Source of the DNA: a bacterium
GTDB taxonomy: Bacteria; SZUA-182; DTGQ01
Length of the DNA: 59,175 nt
Direction of reading: 5' to 3'
Assembly (NCBI GenBank): GCA_040752695.1
Contig: JBFMGO010000001.1
Location: forward strand, 44,249 to 103,423
The translations under genes and the position numbers were made by a program. The stretch's first letter is position 1, and each line of letters opens with the position of its first letter. The notes below the pieces were generated by a model, which searched no databases, was not told the DNA's origin, and saw only the letters and a program-made list of their open reading frames with translations. This document shows positions 27,257 through 35,601 of the stretch, piece by piece.

Positions 27257-28714
27257 ATGATCACTCGGCAAAGGACTGGAAAACTATCACAATTACCTAC
27301 GGGTAAAAGAATTGTCAAGAATTTTTTATCCTTGACTGTTGCTCAGTTTATCGGCAACATCCTGGGCTTTGTAACGACCGCCTATCTGGCCCGTGTTTTC
27401 TGTGCCCGCGGATTCGGGCAGATCAGCTTTGCCCAGGCTGTCATCGTCTACTTTACCCTGCTCACCGATTTTGGCCTGAATACGCTCGGTACGCGTGAAG
27501 TTGCACGAGATAAAGAAAAGATCAAGGGCTACGTCAGCAATATTCTCACCATACAGATTACCCTGGCTGCCGCTTCCTTCACCCTGCTGCTCGTATTCCT
27601 TGCACTTATCAATAAGCCGATGGATTACAAAGTACTCATAGCCCTCTTTGGCCTGTCTTTATTTTCTTCGGCCTTTTCGATAGATTGGGCGTTTCGGGGT
27701 ATCGAACGGATGGAATTTATCGGCATCGCTCAAATCATGCGCTCAGCGATCTATACGGGGCTTGTCTTCCTGTTCATAAAGAGCCGCTCGGATATATTCG
27801 ATGTTCCTTTGTTCAATTTTATCGCTTTTTTGACGATAGATGCCTTCCTGATTTATTCTTTCGTCAGGAATTACGGCCGCCTGTCTCCCTCATTTCATAT
27901 AAGAACCTGGAAGGAGTTGTTAGTCAAGGCGTTTCCCATGTGTTTTTCTTACCTTATGATTATGATCTACTACCATATGGATACCATCATGCTCGGGTTT
28001 ATGAAAGGGGATGAGGTGGTCGGATGGTATAATGCAGCTTATAAGATTATCCTGCTTCTTTTGGGCTTATTGGGGACATTTTTTCAGGTACTGCACCCGG
28101 TTGTTTCCTATCGGCATAAACATAGACAGGATGAATTAGGCAGGGATCTTTGCCTGGTTATGAAATACATAATCCTGGCTACTGTTCCGGTTGTATTCGG
28201 AGGGATGGCTGTAGCGGATACTCTGTTAACCCTTTTATTCGGGGGAGATTTCCAAAATGGCTCTTTGGCGTTTAAGATATTGATCTGGAATATCGGCATC
28301 GTAGGAATAAGCAGTGTTTACGGCCAATTAATCCTCCTTATGGGTGCGGGAGAAAGAGATTTTGCCATTGGAGTGACCATCGGGGGAATTGTCAATATCA
28401 TATTAAATTTTCTGCTCATCCCGAAATGGAGTCTCTATGGCGCAGCGGTGGCAACCGTAACCAGTGAGATAGCCGTAGCTGTATATGTTTACAGGGCAAG
28501 TTCGAAAACCATGAAAGTTGCATGGGCCCGGTTTATGTATAAACCCATGATCGCATCAATTATCATGTTCGTCGTGCTTATCCAATTGAAGCATCTGCAC
28601 CTTTTTGTTTTATTGCCGGCAGGCATAATTACCTATGGAACTTTCCTGCTCATGCTGAGAGGCATAGGTAAAAAAGACCTCGCGTTTATCAGAGACTTTT
28701 TCTTTGCACGATGA
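27257..28714 (+). CDS. wzx: Wzx flippase (polysaccharide transporter)
   Basis: 'KNFLSL..Q', 'YLARV', 'DFGL', 'DTIMLGFMKG..VGWYNAAYK' and 'LIPKWSLYGAAVAT'. Start approximate. Confidence 0.9.
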   Translation: MITRQRTGKLSQLPTGKRIVKNFLSLTVAQFIGNILGFVTTAYLARVFCARGFGQISFAQAVIVYFTLLTDFGLNTLGTREVARDKEKIKGYVSNILTIQITLAAASFTLLLVFLALINKPMDYKVLIALFGLSLFSSAFSIDWAFRGIERMEFIGIAQIMRSAIYTGLVFLFIKSRSDIFDVPLFNFIAFLTIDAFLIYSFVRNYGRLSPSFHIRTWKELLVKAFPMCFSYLMIMIYYHMDTIMLGFMKGDEVVGWYNAAYKIILLLLGLLGTFFQVLHPVVSYRHKHRQDELGRDLCLVMKYIILATVPVVFGGMAVADTLLTLLFGGDFQNGSLAFKILIWNIGIVGISSVYGQLILLMGAGERDFAIGVTIGGIVNIILNFLLIPKWSLYGAAVATVTSEIAVAVYVYRASSKTMKVAWARFMYKPMIASIIMFVVLIQLKHLHLFVLLPAGIITYGTFLLMLRGIGKKDLAFIRDFFFAR

Positions 28715-28778
28715 AAAAATGAGTATTTAGCACAATGAGAAAAATGAGTATAATGAGGAGAATAACCTTCATTATGAT

Positions 28779-28847
28779 GGGATCTTATCTCCTGGGATTT
28801 TATCTCCTGAGATTTTATCTCCTGGGATTTTGTCTCCTGGAATCTTA
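28779..28847 (+). repeat. 15-bp tandem repeat x4.6 in the wzx-glf intergenic region
   Basis: gggatcttatctcct / gggattttatctcct / gagattttatctcct / gggattttgtctcct / ggaatctta. Confidence 0.9.
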
Positions 28848-28874
28848 CCACCTTTTTGAGAATGGAATGATTGC

Positions 28875-29969
28875 ATGAAAATCGATTATCTCATTGTCGG
28901 TGCAGGTCTTACAGGGATTACCCTGGCTGAGCGGATCGCTGCCCGGCTCGATAAAAGCGTACTGTTAGTGGAAAAGCGTAATCATGTAGGTGGAAATGCC
29001 TATGATTACTATAATGAAGATGGTATCCTTATCCAGAAGTACGGCCCCCACATCTTTCATACGAATTCAAAAAAGGTGTGGGATTATCTTGGGCAATTTA
29101 CGCAGTGGAATGGATACGTTCACCGGGTGATCGCCCAGGTGGATGGAAAAGAAGTCTATCTGCCTATCAATCTTGAGACTATGGAGCATCTGTATAACCG
29201 CACTTTTTCGCCGGAAGAGATGGAGGAATTTTTAGAGCGGCGCAAAGTACGGGTTCATGAAATCAGGAGCGCACGAGATGTCGTGATCTCTCAGGTCGGG
29301 GAAGAGCTCTACGAGCTGTTTTTTAAAAACTACACCAAAAAACAATGGGGCGTATACCCCGATGAGCTCAATGCGGAAGTAACGAAAAGACTGCCGGTAC
29401 GATTTACACGGGATACCCGTTACTTCACGGATACCTATCAGGGCATACCCCGATACGGGTACACGAATATGGCTGAAAAGATGCTCGATAATAAAAATAT
29501 CCATATCCTGCTCAATACGGATTATAAATACATTATGCACCAGGTAAAATTCGGAAGACTCATCTTTACCGGTGCTCCGGATTATTTTTTCGATTACCGC
29601 TACGGCCAATTGCCATATCGGAGCCTCGATTTTACTTTTGAAACGATCGGTGCGGAAAAATACCAGAATGCAGCAGTTGTCAATTTTCCCAATGACTTTG
29701 ATTATACGAGAGTAACGGAGTTTAAACATTTTTATTTCCAAAAACATGAGAAAACCACTATTTGCCGTGAATACCCGAAAGCCGAAGGTGACCCCTATTA
29801 TCCTATTCCAAAACCCGAATACCAAAAGATCTATCTCAAATACAAAAAGGAAGCCGAAAAGCTGAAAGATGTATATTTTGCAGGCAGGCTGGCAGAGTAC
29901 CGGTATTTGAATATGGACCAGGTAGTTGAAGAAGGACTGAAGCTTTTCGACAGGTTGGAAAGTGAGTGA
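28875..29969 (+). CDS. glf: UDP-galactopyranose mutase
   Basis: 'IVGAGLTG', 'HVGGNAYD', 'YGPHIFHT', 'YTKKQWG', 'GRLAEYRYLNMDQ'. Confidence 0.97.
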   Translation: MKIDYLIVGAGLTGITLAERIAARLDKSVLLVEKRNHVGGNAYDYYNEDGILIQKYGPHIFHTNSKKVWDYLGQFTQWNGYVHRVIAQVDGKEVYLPINLETMEHLYNRTFSPEEMEEFLERRKVRVHEIRSARDVVISQVGEELYELFFKNYTKKQWGVYPDELNAEVTKRLPVRFTRDTRYFTDTYQGIPRYGYTNMAEKMLDNKNIHILLNTDYKYIMHQVKFGRLIFTGAPDYFFDYRYGQLPYRSLDFTFETIGAEKYQNAAVVNFPNDFDYTRVTEFKHFYFQKHEKTTICREYPKAEGDPYYPIPKPEYQKIYLKYKKEAEKLKDVYFAGRLAEYRYLNMDQVVEEGLKLFDRLESE

Positions 29970-29981
29970 AAGAATTGGAAA

Positions 29982-30998
29982 ATGATTGAAAGAAAAAGAG
30001 AAAAGGTCGCGGCCATTGTCGTTACCTATAACCGGAAACAGCTATTGGCCGAATGTCTGGACGCATTGTTAAACCAGTCCTATCCGCTCGATGCCATTTT
30101 CCTTATCGATAATGCCTCCACGGATGGCACAGCCGAATACCTGCGGGAAAAAGGCTTCATCGATAAAACATTGCCCACACGTCCGATGGAAGAAGCACAA
30201 TCGACTGTTTATAAAATTAACTACATCAGGATGCATGAAAATACCGGCGGGGCGGGTGGTTTTTACGAGGGAGTAAGAGTAAGCAGCGCAAGAGGATATG
30301 ATTGGTTGTGGCTGATGGATGATGATGCAGAGCCGAAAGAAAATTGCCTGGAGAATTTACTCTCAGGAATTCATTCACTTCCAAAAGCAGCAGCAGCAGC
30401 GCCTCTGAACGTGGATGTTGAAGGGAATATTCAAAAATTACACCGGGGATATTTGAGAAAAGACAGATGGCAGATGGTGCCTTTATCGGAGCAGGTATAT
30501 GCAAATAATGAAAGGTTTATCGAAATAGGGTATGGTTCCTTCGTTGGTTTGCTTATTTCGAATAAAGCGGTCGAAAAAGCCGGACTCCCCGATAAAGACT
30601 TCTTTATTTATTGTGACGATGTCGAATATTGCTGCAGATTGGCAGAATATGGAGCTATCTTCCTGGATAAACATGCTGTTATTGTTCATAAGGACAGAGT
30701 GGAGAAAGAAACCGGAATAGCAAATACCGAAAGTATTGAACAGTTGTGGAAGATGTATTATGGAACGAGAAATAAACTCCTGTGTTATAAAAAATACAGA
30801 GAAAACAAATCGTTTCTCTTGTTTGAATTAGGGTATTCCTTTGCGAGAAGTGTAGTGAAAATAAGTATTTTTGATAATCACAAACTTACCAGGTTGAAAC
30901 TGCTCGCTCTTGCTTATGCGCATATTTCCTTAAACAAAAAAGGGAAAAAGATATGTCCTTCAGCCTGGATAAAAAAGTTTAAGAAAGAAAAGCAGTGA
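29982..30998 (+). CDS. Glycosyltransferase family 2, GlfT1-like (possible galactofuranosyltransferase)
   Basis: 'AIVVTYNR', 'ENTGGAGGF', 'WLWLMDDD', 'SFVG' and 'FFIYCDDVEY'. Directly follows glf. Confidence 0.88.
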   Translation: MIERKREKVAAIVVTYNRKQLLAECLDALLNQSYPLDAIFLIDNASTDGTAEYLREKGFIDKTLPTRPMEEAQSTVYKINYIRMHENTGGAGGFYEGVRVSSARGYDWLWLMDDDAEPKENCLENLLSGIHSLPKAAAAAPLNVDVEGNIQKLHRGYLRKDRWQMVPLSEQVYANNERFIEIGYGSFVGLLISNKAVEKAGLPDKDFFIYCDDVEYCCRLAEYGAIFLDKHAVIVHKDRVEKETGIANTESIEQLWKMYYGTRNKLLCYKKYRENKSFLLFELGYSFARSVVKISIFDNHKLTRLKLLALAYAHISLNKKGKKICPSAWIKKFKKEKQ

Positions 30999-30999
30999 T

Positions 31000-31148
31000 C
31001 TATGCTTTTGCACTTTTTATTAAGTATTTGAAAACGCTTATAGTTTCGCAATGTCCATCCGTCATTCCCGCGAAGGCGGGAATCCAGTCTTTTCAAAGGC
31101 TTCTGGATTCCCGCCTTCGCGGGAATGACAAAAAGTGCAAAAGTATAG
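31000..31148. mobile_element. 149-bp MITE-like element with 19-bp TIRs and 8-bp target duplication, carrying a palindrome doublet
   Basis: ctatgcttttgcacttttt (31000-31018) and aaaaagtgcaaaagtatag (31130-31148) match with 1 mismatch. gcagtgat flanks both sides (30992-30999, 31149-31156). Confidence 0.75.
31061..31129. repeat. REP-like doublet (dRS3/CGTC-type ATTCCC-N8-GGGAAT), perfect 27-bp inverted repeat
   Basis: gtcattcccgcgaaggcgggaatccag ... ctggattcccgccttcgcgggaatgac. Confidence 0.9.
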
Positions 31149-31221
31149 GCAGTGATATGCTGTTCGTATTTGTCGTATAAACTTCAGGAGAGAGACTGAT
31201 CATTTTTAGGAGCATGAAAAG

Positions 31222-32220
31222 ATGCGTTGTTGCAGGATTTGCCATAACTCAGAAAATAACGACGTATATGAAGTACGGGAAATGATGTTTGGATATAGAG
31301 ATACGTTTTTTTATTTTCAATGCTCGCAATGTAAATGTTTACAGATTGCTGAAATCCCATCAGATATGTCAAAGTACTATCCATCCGATTATTATAGTTA
31401 CTCCTCCCCGTCCTCCATCCAGGGGAAAAGTGCCATAAGGAAATTGATCCGGAAAAAGAGAGATAAGTATGCCCTTTATAATAAAGGGGTTATTGGTAAA
31501 CTCATTTACAGGAAATTTCCTTATGATACGCTACGTTTTTTATCAGAAATCGGAATGGCAAAAAGTCTACGTATAGTAGACGTTGGATGTGGGACAGGTT
31601 CCCTGCTTTACGAACTGAGAGAAATTGGTTTTAAAAATACACTGGGAATCGATCCCTATCTGAAAGAGGATATCAAATACAAGAATGGATTAGAAATCCT
31701 CAAAAAGACAATTCACGATCTTGGTGGAAAGCGGGACCTAGTGATGTTTCATCATTCTTTTGAGCATGTCCCCGACCCGGTTGAGACTATTCAATCTGCT
31801 TCAAACGTATTGACTGAACAGGGAGTTATTTTGATGAGAATTCCAATTGTTTCTTCATATGCCTGGAAGCATTACGGGATAAATTGGGTTCAGCTTGATG
31901 CTCCGAGACATTTTTTTCTTCATTCAATTAAGAGTATCAATACATTAGCTGCAAAGGCAAACCTTAGGATAAAGAAAATTATTTATGATTCAACAGATTT
32001 TCAGTTTTGGGGAAGCGAGCAATATACAAAAGATATCCCGTTGAAATCGAATCGATCGTATGCCATTGACCCGTCGAATTCAATTTTTTCGGATGCAGAG
32101 ATTAAGGAATTCAAACAAAAGGCAAAAGAGCTCAATTTAAAAAATTGGGGAGATCAGGCCGTTATCTATTTGAAAAATAATCATGCCGATGATCCTTTGT
32201 TCGGCCAGGGTCATGATTAA
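31222..32220 (+). CDS. Class I SAM-dependent methyltransferase with N-terminal Zn-binding Cys pairs
   Basis: 'CRIC...CSQC', 'VDVGCGTG', 'HSFEHVPDP', 'LDAPRHFF'. Confidence 0.9.
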   Translation: MRCCRICHNSENNDVYEVREMMFGYRDTFFYFQCSQCKCLQIAEIPSDMSKYYPSDYYSYSSPSSIQGKSAIRKLIRKKRDKYALYNKGVIGKLIYRKFPYDTLRFLSEIGMAKSLRIVDVGCGTGSLLYELREIGFKNTLGIDPYLKEDIKYKNGLEILKKTIHDLGGKRDLVMFHHSFEHVPDPVETIQSASNVLTEQGVILMRIPIVSSYAWKHYGINWVQLDAPRHFFLHSIKSINTLAAKANLRIKKIIYDSTDFQFWGSEQYTKDIPLKSNRSYAIDPSNSIFSDAEIKEFKQKAKELNLKNWGDQAVIYLKNNHADDPLFGQGHD

Positions 32221-32306
32221 GTCCTCCTTGTCTTTACCTAAGCCCGTTTCAACTATTTCCTTGATTTCATCCACTCTCACCCCATCCGAGAGACACCGAT
32301 AATATA

Positions 32307-33362
32307 TTAGTGCCCGGATGCCGCCTTAAAGAACTGGTTGAACCAGGGGATTAACTGATCGCCATAAAATTTGTGGCCGCCCTCTCTGATGACCAGTTTC
32401 ACCTTTTCTGCTGCGCCTTCCCGTGCATAAGCGCTTTTAAGCTGCTCAAAGGCCGTTTTGGCGTTTTCCACCGGGAACTCCCGGTCTGGGTATCCATGCT
32501 CGATGAGAAGCGGCCGGGGAGCGATCAGAGCTGCCACATCGGGTAATTCTCCGAAGTTTTTGATGCCTGGGATATAGTTATCGGTGCTCTGGCGCACAGG
32601 CATGATCGTTCCCTCGTAGGTGCCAAAGTAGCAGCTTACATAGGCAAGCTTCACTCTCTCGTCAATGGCGGACAGGTAAAGGGCCAATCCTCCTCCCATG
32701 GACCATCCGACCACACCGATCCGGTCATGATCGACCCTGTCGTAGTTTTCGAGAAAAGTGATGCACCGCACAAGGTCGCGCAGTCTTTCTCCGGTCAGGG
32801 ATTTGCCGTACAGCAGGAAATTTAATCCCATTGGGTCTTCGAGCCGCCATATATCCTGAGAATATCGGATATCAGGGACCAGAGCAATGTAGCCCTCCTG
32901 CACCAGCGTGAGTCCATAATTGATATTGTAGGGAGATGAGGTTACACCGGCAACATTCTCTTTGGTAGAGTGATGACCATGAATGCACAGGGCAGCCGGT
33001 AATTTTGAAGATGCCGAAGATGCCGCCGGAGATTTGGGAATAAGCAGATAGGCCGACAGGCGCTCATCTTCGTCCAGACCGGTAAATTCCAGTAACTGCT
33101 CCGTATAGGTTGGATGATCGGTCTGTTTTTGGATCTTGAATCCGGACCATGCCGATGGTCCTTTCTGGAGGCTGAGGATTGTTTTCAGTTTCTGACGCTG
33201 CATGCTTTTTTGGGAAACGAGGCCATTAAGAATCGCCTGGTAAAGGTTACACTTGCCCTGAACCAGAATTCCCAGCCCAAAGGCAATGATGAAAAGGAGG
33301 ATGGAAAGCCCAGAAAGAAAGCCCTTTGGTTTGGGGGCTTTTTGAGTATCTTTGTTTTTCAA
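32307..33362 (-). CDS. Membrane-anchored alpha/beta hydrolase (esterase/dienelactone hydrolase-like)
   Basis: N-terminal TM, 'CIHGH', nucleophile 'GWSMGG', 'LIAPRPL', His in 'GGHKF'. Confidence 0.85.
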   Translation of the reverse strand: MKNKDTQKAPKPKGFLSGLSILLFIIAFGLGILVQGKCNLYQAILNGLVSQKSMQRQKLKTILSLQKGPSAWSGFKIQKQTDHPTYTEQLLEFTGLDEDERLSAYLLIPKSPAASSASSKLPAALCIHGHHSTKENVAGVTSSPYNINYGLTLVQEGYIALVPDIRYSQDIWRLEDPMGLNFLLYGKSLTGERLRDLVRCITFLENYDRVDHDRIGVVGWSMGGGLALYLSAIDERVKLAYVSCYFGTYEGTIMPVRQSTDNYIPGIKNFGELPDVAALIAPRPLLIEHGYPDREFPVENAKTAFEQLKSAYAREGAAEKVKLVIREGGHKFYGDQLIPWFNQFFKAASGH

Positions 33363-33680
33363 TTTTCTCTTTTCCTTATCTTCTTCGGGACCAGAACTTA
33401 GGTTTACGGTACAGAAACTATTTTACTATATCAGAAAATGATGAGCGAAACAAATTGATTTTTTCTCTTTTTTATGGCCATTACATAAAATCAGTACTGA
33501 ATTGAGCAGGAAAGTACACCCTCCCTTGCAGTGTATTGATTATTGCTTTTTTCTCCGATTGTTGGTAAAATAACGCAAGCGCGACAAATTAAGTAAGGAA
33601 AACAATCGGCTATAGACTCTCACCCGGACCTCAACGGTTTTCACACCTTTTCCGGCTCTTTGTGGGTTGTGGTACAACAT

Positions 33681-34733
33681 ATGCAGAATTGGGAAACTTT
33701 ACAGCCATCGAGAGTAAAGAATATTTTAGTGATACGGTTCGGGACGGTTGCTGAAATCCTGGCTGCCACTCCCCTGGTGAGAGTTCTCAGGGAGCGGTTT
33801 CCTGAGGCACGGATCAGCTTTTTGCTGGAGGAAAGGTTCGCTGAACTTCTCGCCGGTTGTCCATTTATCGATACGGTCATTTCCTGCCATTCCACGGGCA
33901 AAAAAAAAGCGGTCAGGGAATTCTGGGTATTATGCCGGAAGGTGAGGAAGGAACGCTACGATATTGTGATTGATTTGCAGGCAGAAAAAAGAAGCCGCCT
34001 TCTCACTTTCCTGAGCCGGGCTGAATTTCGAATCGGATATGGGGTGCAGGGACGCAAGAGCTGGGCCTACACTTTTCAACGAGAGATTTCCCCGATTAAA
34101 AAGCACCTGGTTCTGTTTTTCCTGGATCTGATCAGGGAATTGATCGGTTTTGGGGGAAGTTCACCGGATTTAAGCCTGTTTGTAGCCCAGACTCAAGGTG
34201 GGGATCAAAAGGAACCTCTTCAAAACATCATGAAAGGGGGCAAGGTGGTTCTCATCCATCCGGGTGGAGACAGGGAAGCTGAAGTCTGGCCTGGTGAAAA
34301 GTGTGCCCGGTTGGCGGACCGCCTTATCAGGGAGTGCAAAGCGGAGGTTATCCTGGCAGGTTCTGATACGGATGCGGATCGTGAAAGAGTAGGACGGATC
34401 AGTCAGTTGATGTCGGAAAAGGTTCATCTTGCGTATCACGCCACCTTGTCGCAATTGACTTCTTTACTGAAGATCGTGGATGTATTCGTCGGGAATGACA
34501 GTGGCCCGATGCACATTGCCGCAGCGGGCGGGAAGCGGGTCGTGGCCCTGTTTGGTCCTTCCGACCCCAGGGTGCGACACCCGTGGGGGAGTGGACACGA
34601 AGTGGTCTGGCATCAGTTCCCCTGCTCTCCCTGCAACCGGTACGACTGCTTCAAGGGCGCGGCTGGCTGTATGGCCAGTATTGATGTGTCCGAGGTGCTG
34701 GAAGCGGTGGCCGGTTTTTTGCGCCAGACATAA
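33681..34733 (+). CDS. Glycosyltransferase family 9 (LPS heptosyltransferase WaaF/RfaQ-like)
   Basis: 'ILVIRF', 'LIHPG', 'FVGNDSGPMHIAAA', 'LFGPS' and 'CSPC'. Confidence 0.92.
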   Translation: MQNWETLQPSRVKNILVIRFGTVAEILAATPLVRVLRERFPEARISFLLEERFAELLAGCPFIDTVISCHSTGKKKAVREFWVLCRKVRKERYDIVIDLQAEKRSRLLTFLSRAEFRIGYGVQGRKSWAYTFQREISPIKKHLVLFFLDLIRELIGFGGSSPDLSLFVAQTQGGDQKEPLQNIMKGGKVVLIHPGGDREAEVWPGEKCARLADRLIRECKAEVILAGSDTDADRERVGRISQLMSEKVHLAYHATLSQLTSLLKIVDVFVGNDSGPMHIAAAGGKRVVALFGPSDPRVRHPWGSGHEVVWHQFPCSPCNRYDCFKGAAGCMASIDVSEVLEAVAGFLRQT

Positions 34734-34867
34734 GCAGTCTTACAAAAGGCGAATTTAATAATACTGTAGATGCTTATTAAATAGATGCTTATCAAGTGGA
34801 TACATATACAGTAGATACATAATGCGCTAAGAATAAGCAGCAGCAACCGTTCAGGGAGAAGAGAAAA

Positions 34868-35581
34868 ATGGGGCAAAAAATTATCCTCTTATTAGATTCA
34901 AACCCAACCATTCAAAAAATAGTAGGATTGACCTTTACCAGTACTGAATATCAAGTCATTTCCCTGAACGTGAATCTATCCTCGGTAGAGGATGCTCTGG
35001 AAAAGATCCACAATATCTCTCCGAACATGGTCTTGCTGGATCTTGATTTGCCTGGTATCGGAGGGAAAAACATTTGCAGGAGGCTCAAGAACGATCCCTC
35101 TTTAGCCCATTTGCCGGTGATTCTCCTGGTACGGGAGCTTGACAGATACTCACTGGAAAAACTGCAGGAGTCCTACGGGCCGGACCGAATTCTGGGGAAG
35201 CCCTTTGAGACATCAGACTTGATTCGGGTGGTGGAGGAGTGCTTTGATCCCTCGAAAAGGCAGGGGGATACTGACTCGGTTCATCCTTCCGGGCTTTCCG
35301 GAATGGAAAGCTGGCTTCGTCAGATTATCGAAGAGAAAGTGGAAGATTTTGTTCGGGGTCATCTTGAGGAAATTATTGCTGAGCGGGTAGACAGGTTTTT
35401 GCAGAGTGATTCTGGCATTCGTCAGTTTCGAGAGATTTTCAGCAGCGGTGAGGATGAAATTTCCCAACGATTCATGGATAATTCAAAGAGCATCATTGAA
35501 AGTGTAGCCAGGAAGGTTGTCCCTGAGCAGGCCAGAGTGGTGATTCAAAGAGAAATTGACCGGATTAAAAGTGGCGGATAA
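34868..35581 (+). CDS. Receiver-domain protein with RomR-like C-terminal helices
   Basis: N-terminal REC ('LLDLDLPG', 'KPF'). C-terminus 'IIESVARKVVPEQARVVIQREIDRIK'. Immediately upstream of valS. Confidence 0.7.
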   Translation: MGQKIILLLDSNPTIQKIVGLTFTSTEYQVISLNVNLSSVEDALEKIHNISPNMVLLDLDLPGIGGKNICRRLKNDPSLAHLPVILLVRELDRYSLEKLQESYGPDRILGKPFETSDLIRVVEECFDPSKRQGDTDSVHPSGLSGMESWLRQIIEEKVEDFVRGHLEEIIAERVDRFLQSDSGIRQFREIFSSGEDEISQRFMDNSKSIIESVARKVVPEQARVVIQREIDRIKSGG

Positions 35582-35601
35582 CCTCCAAGGGAGAGAACTT
35601 T

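Noticed and set aside
30914..31180. Small ORFs containing VIPAKAGIQ / LDSRLRGND
   Set aside because: These are translations of the palindromic repeat, not credible genes.
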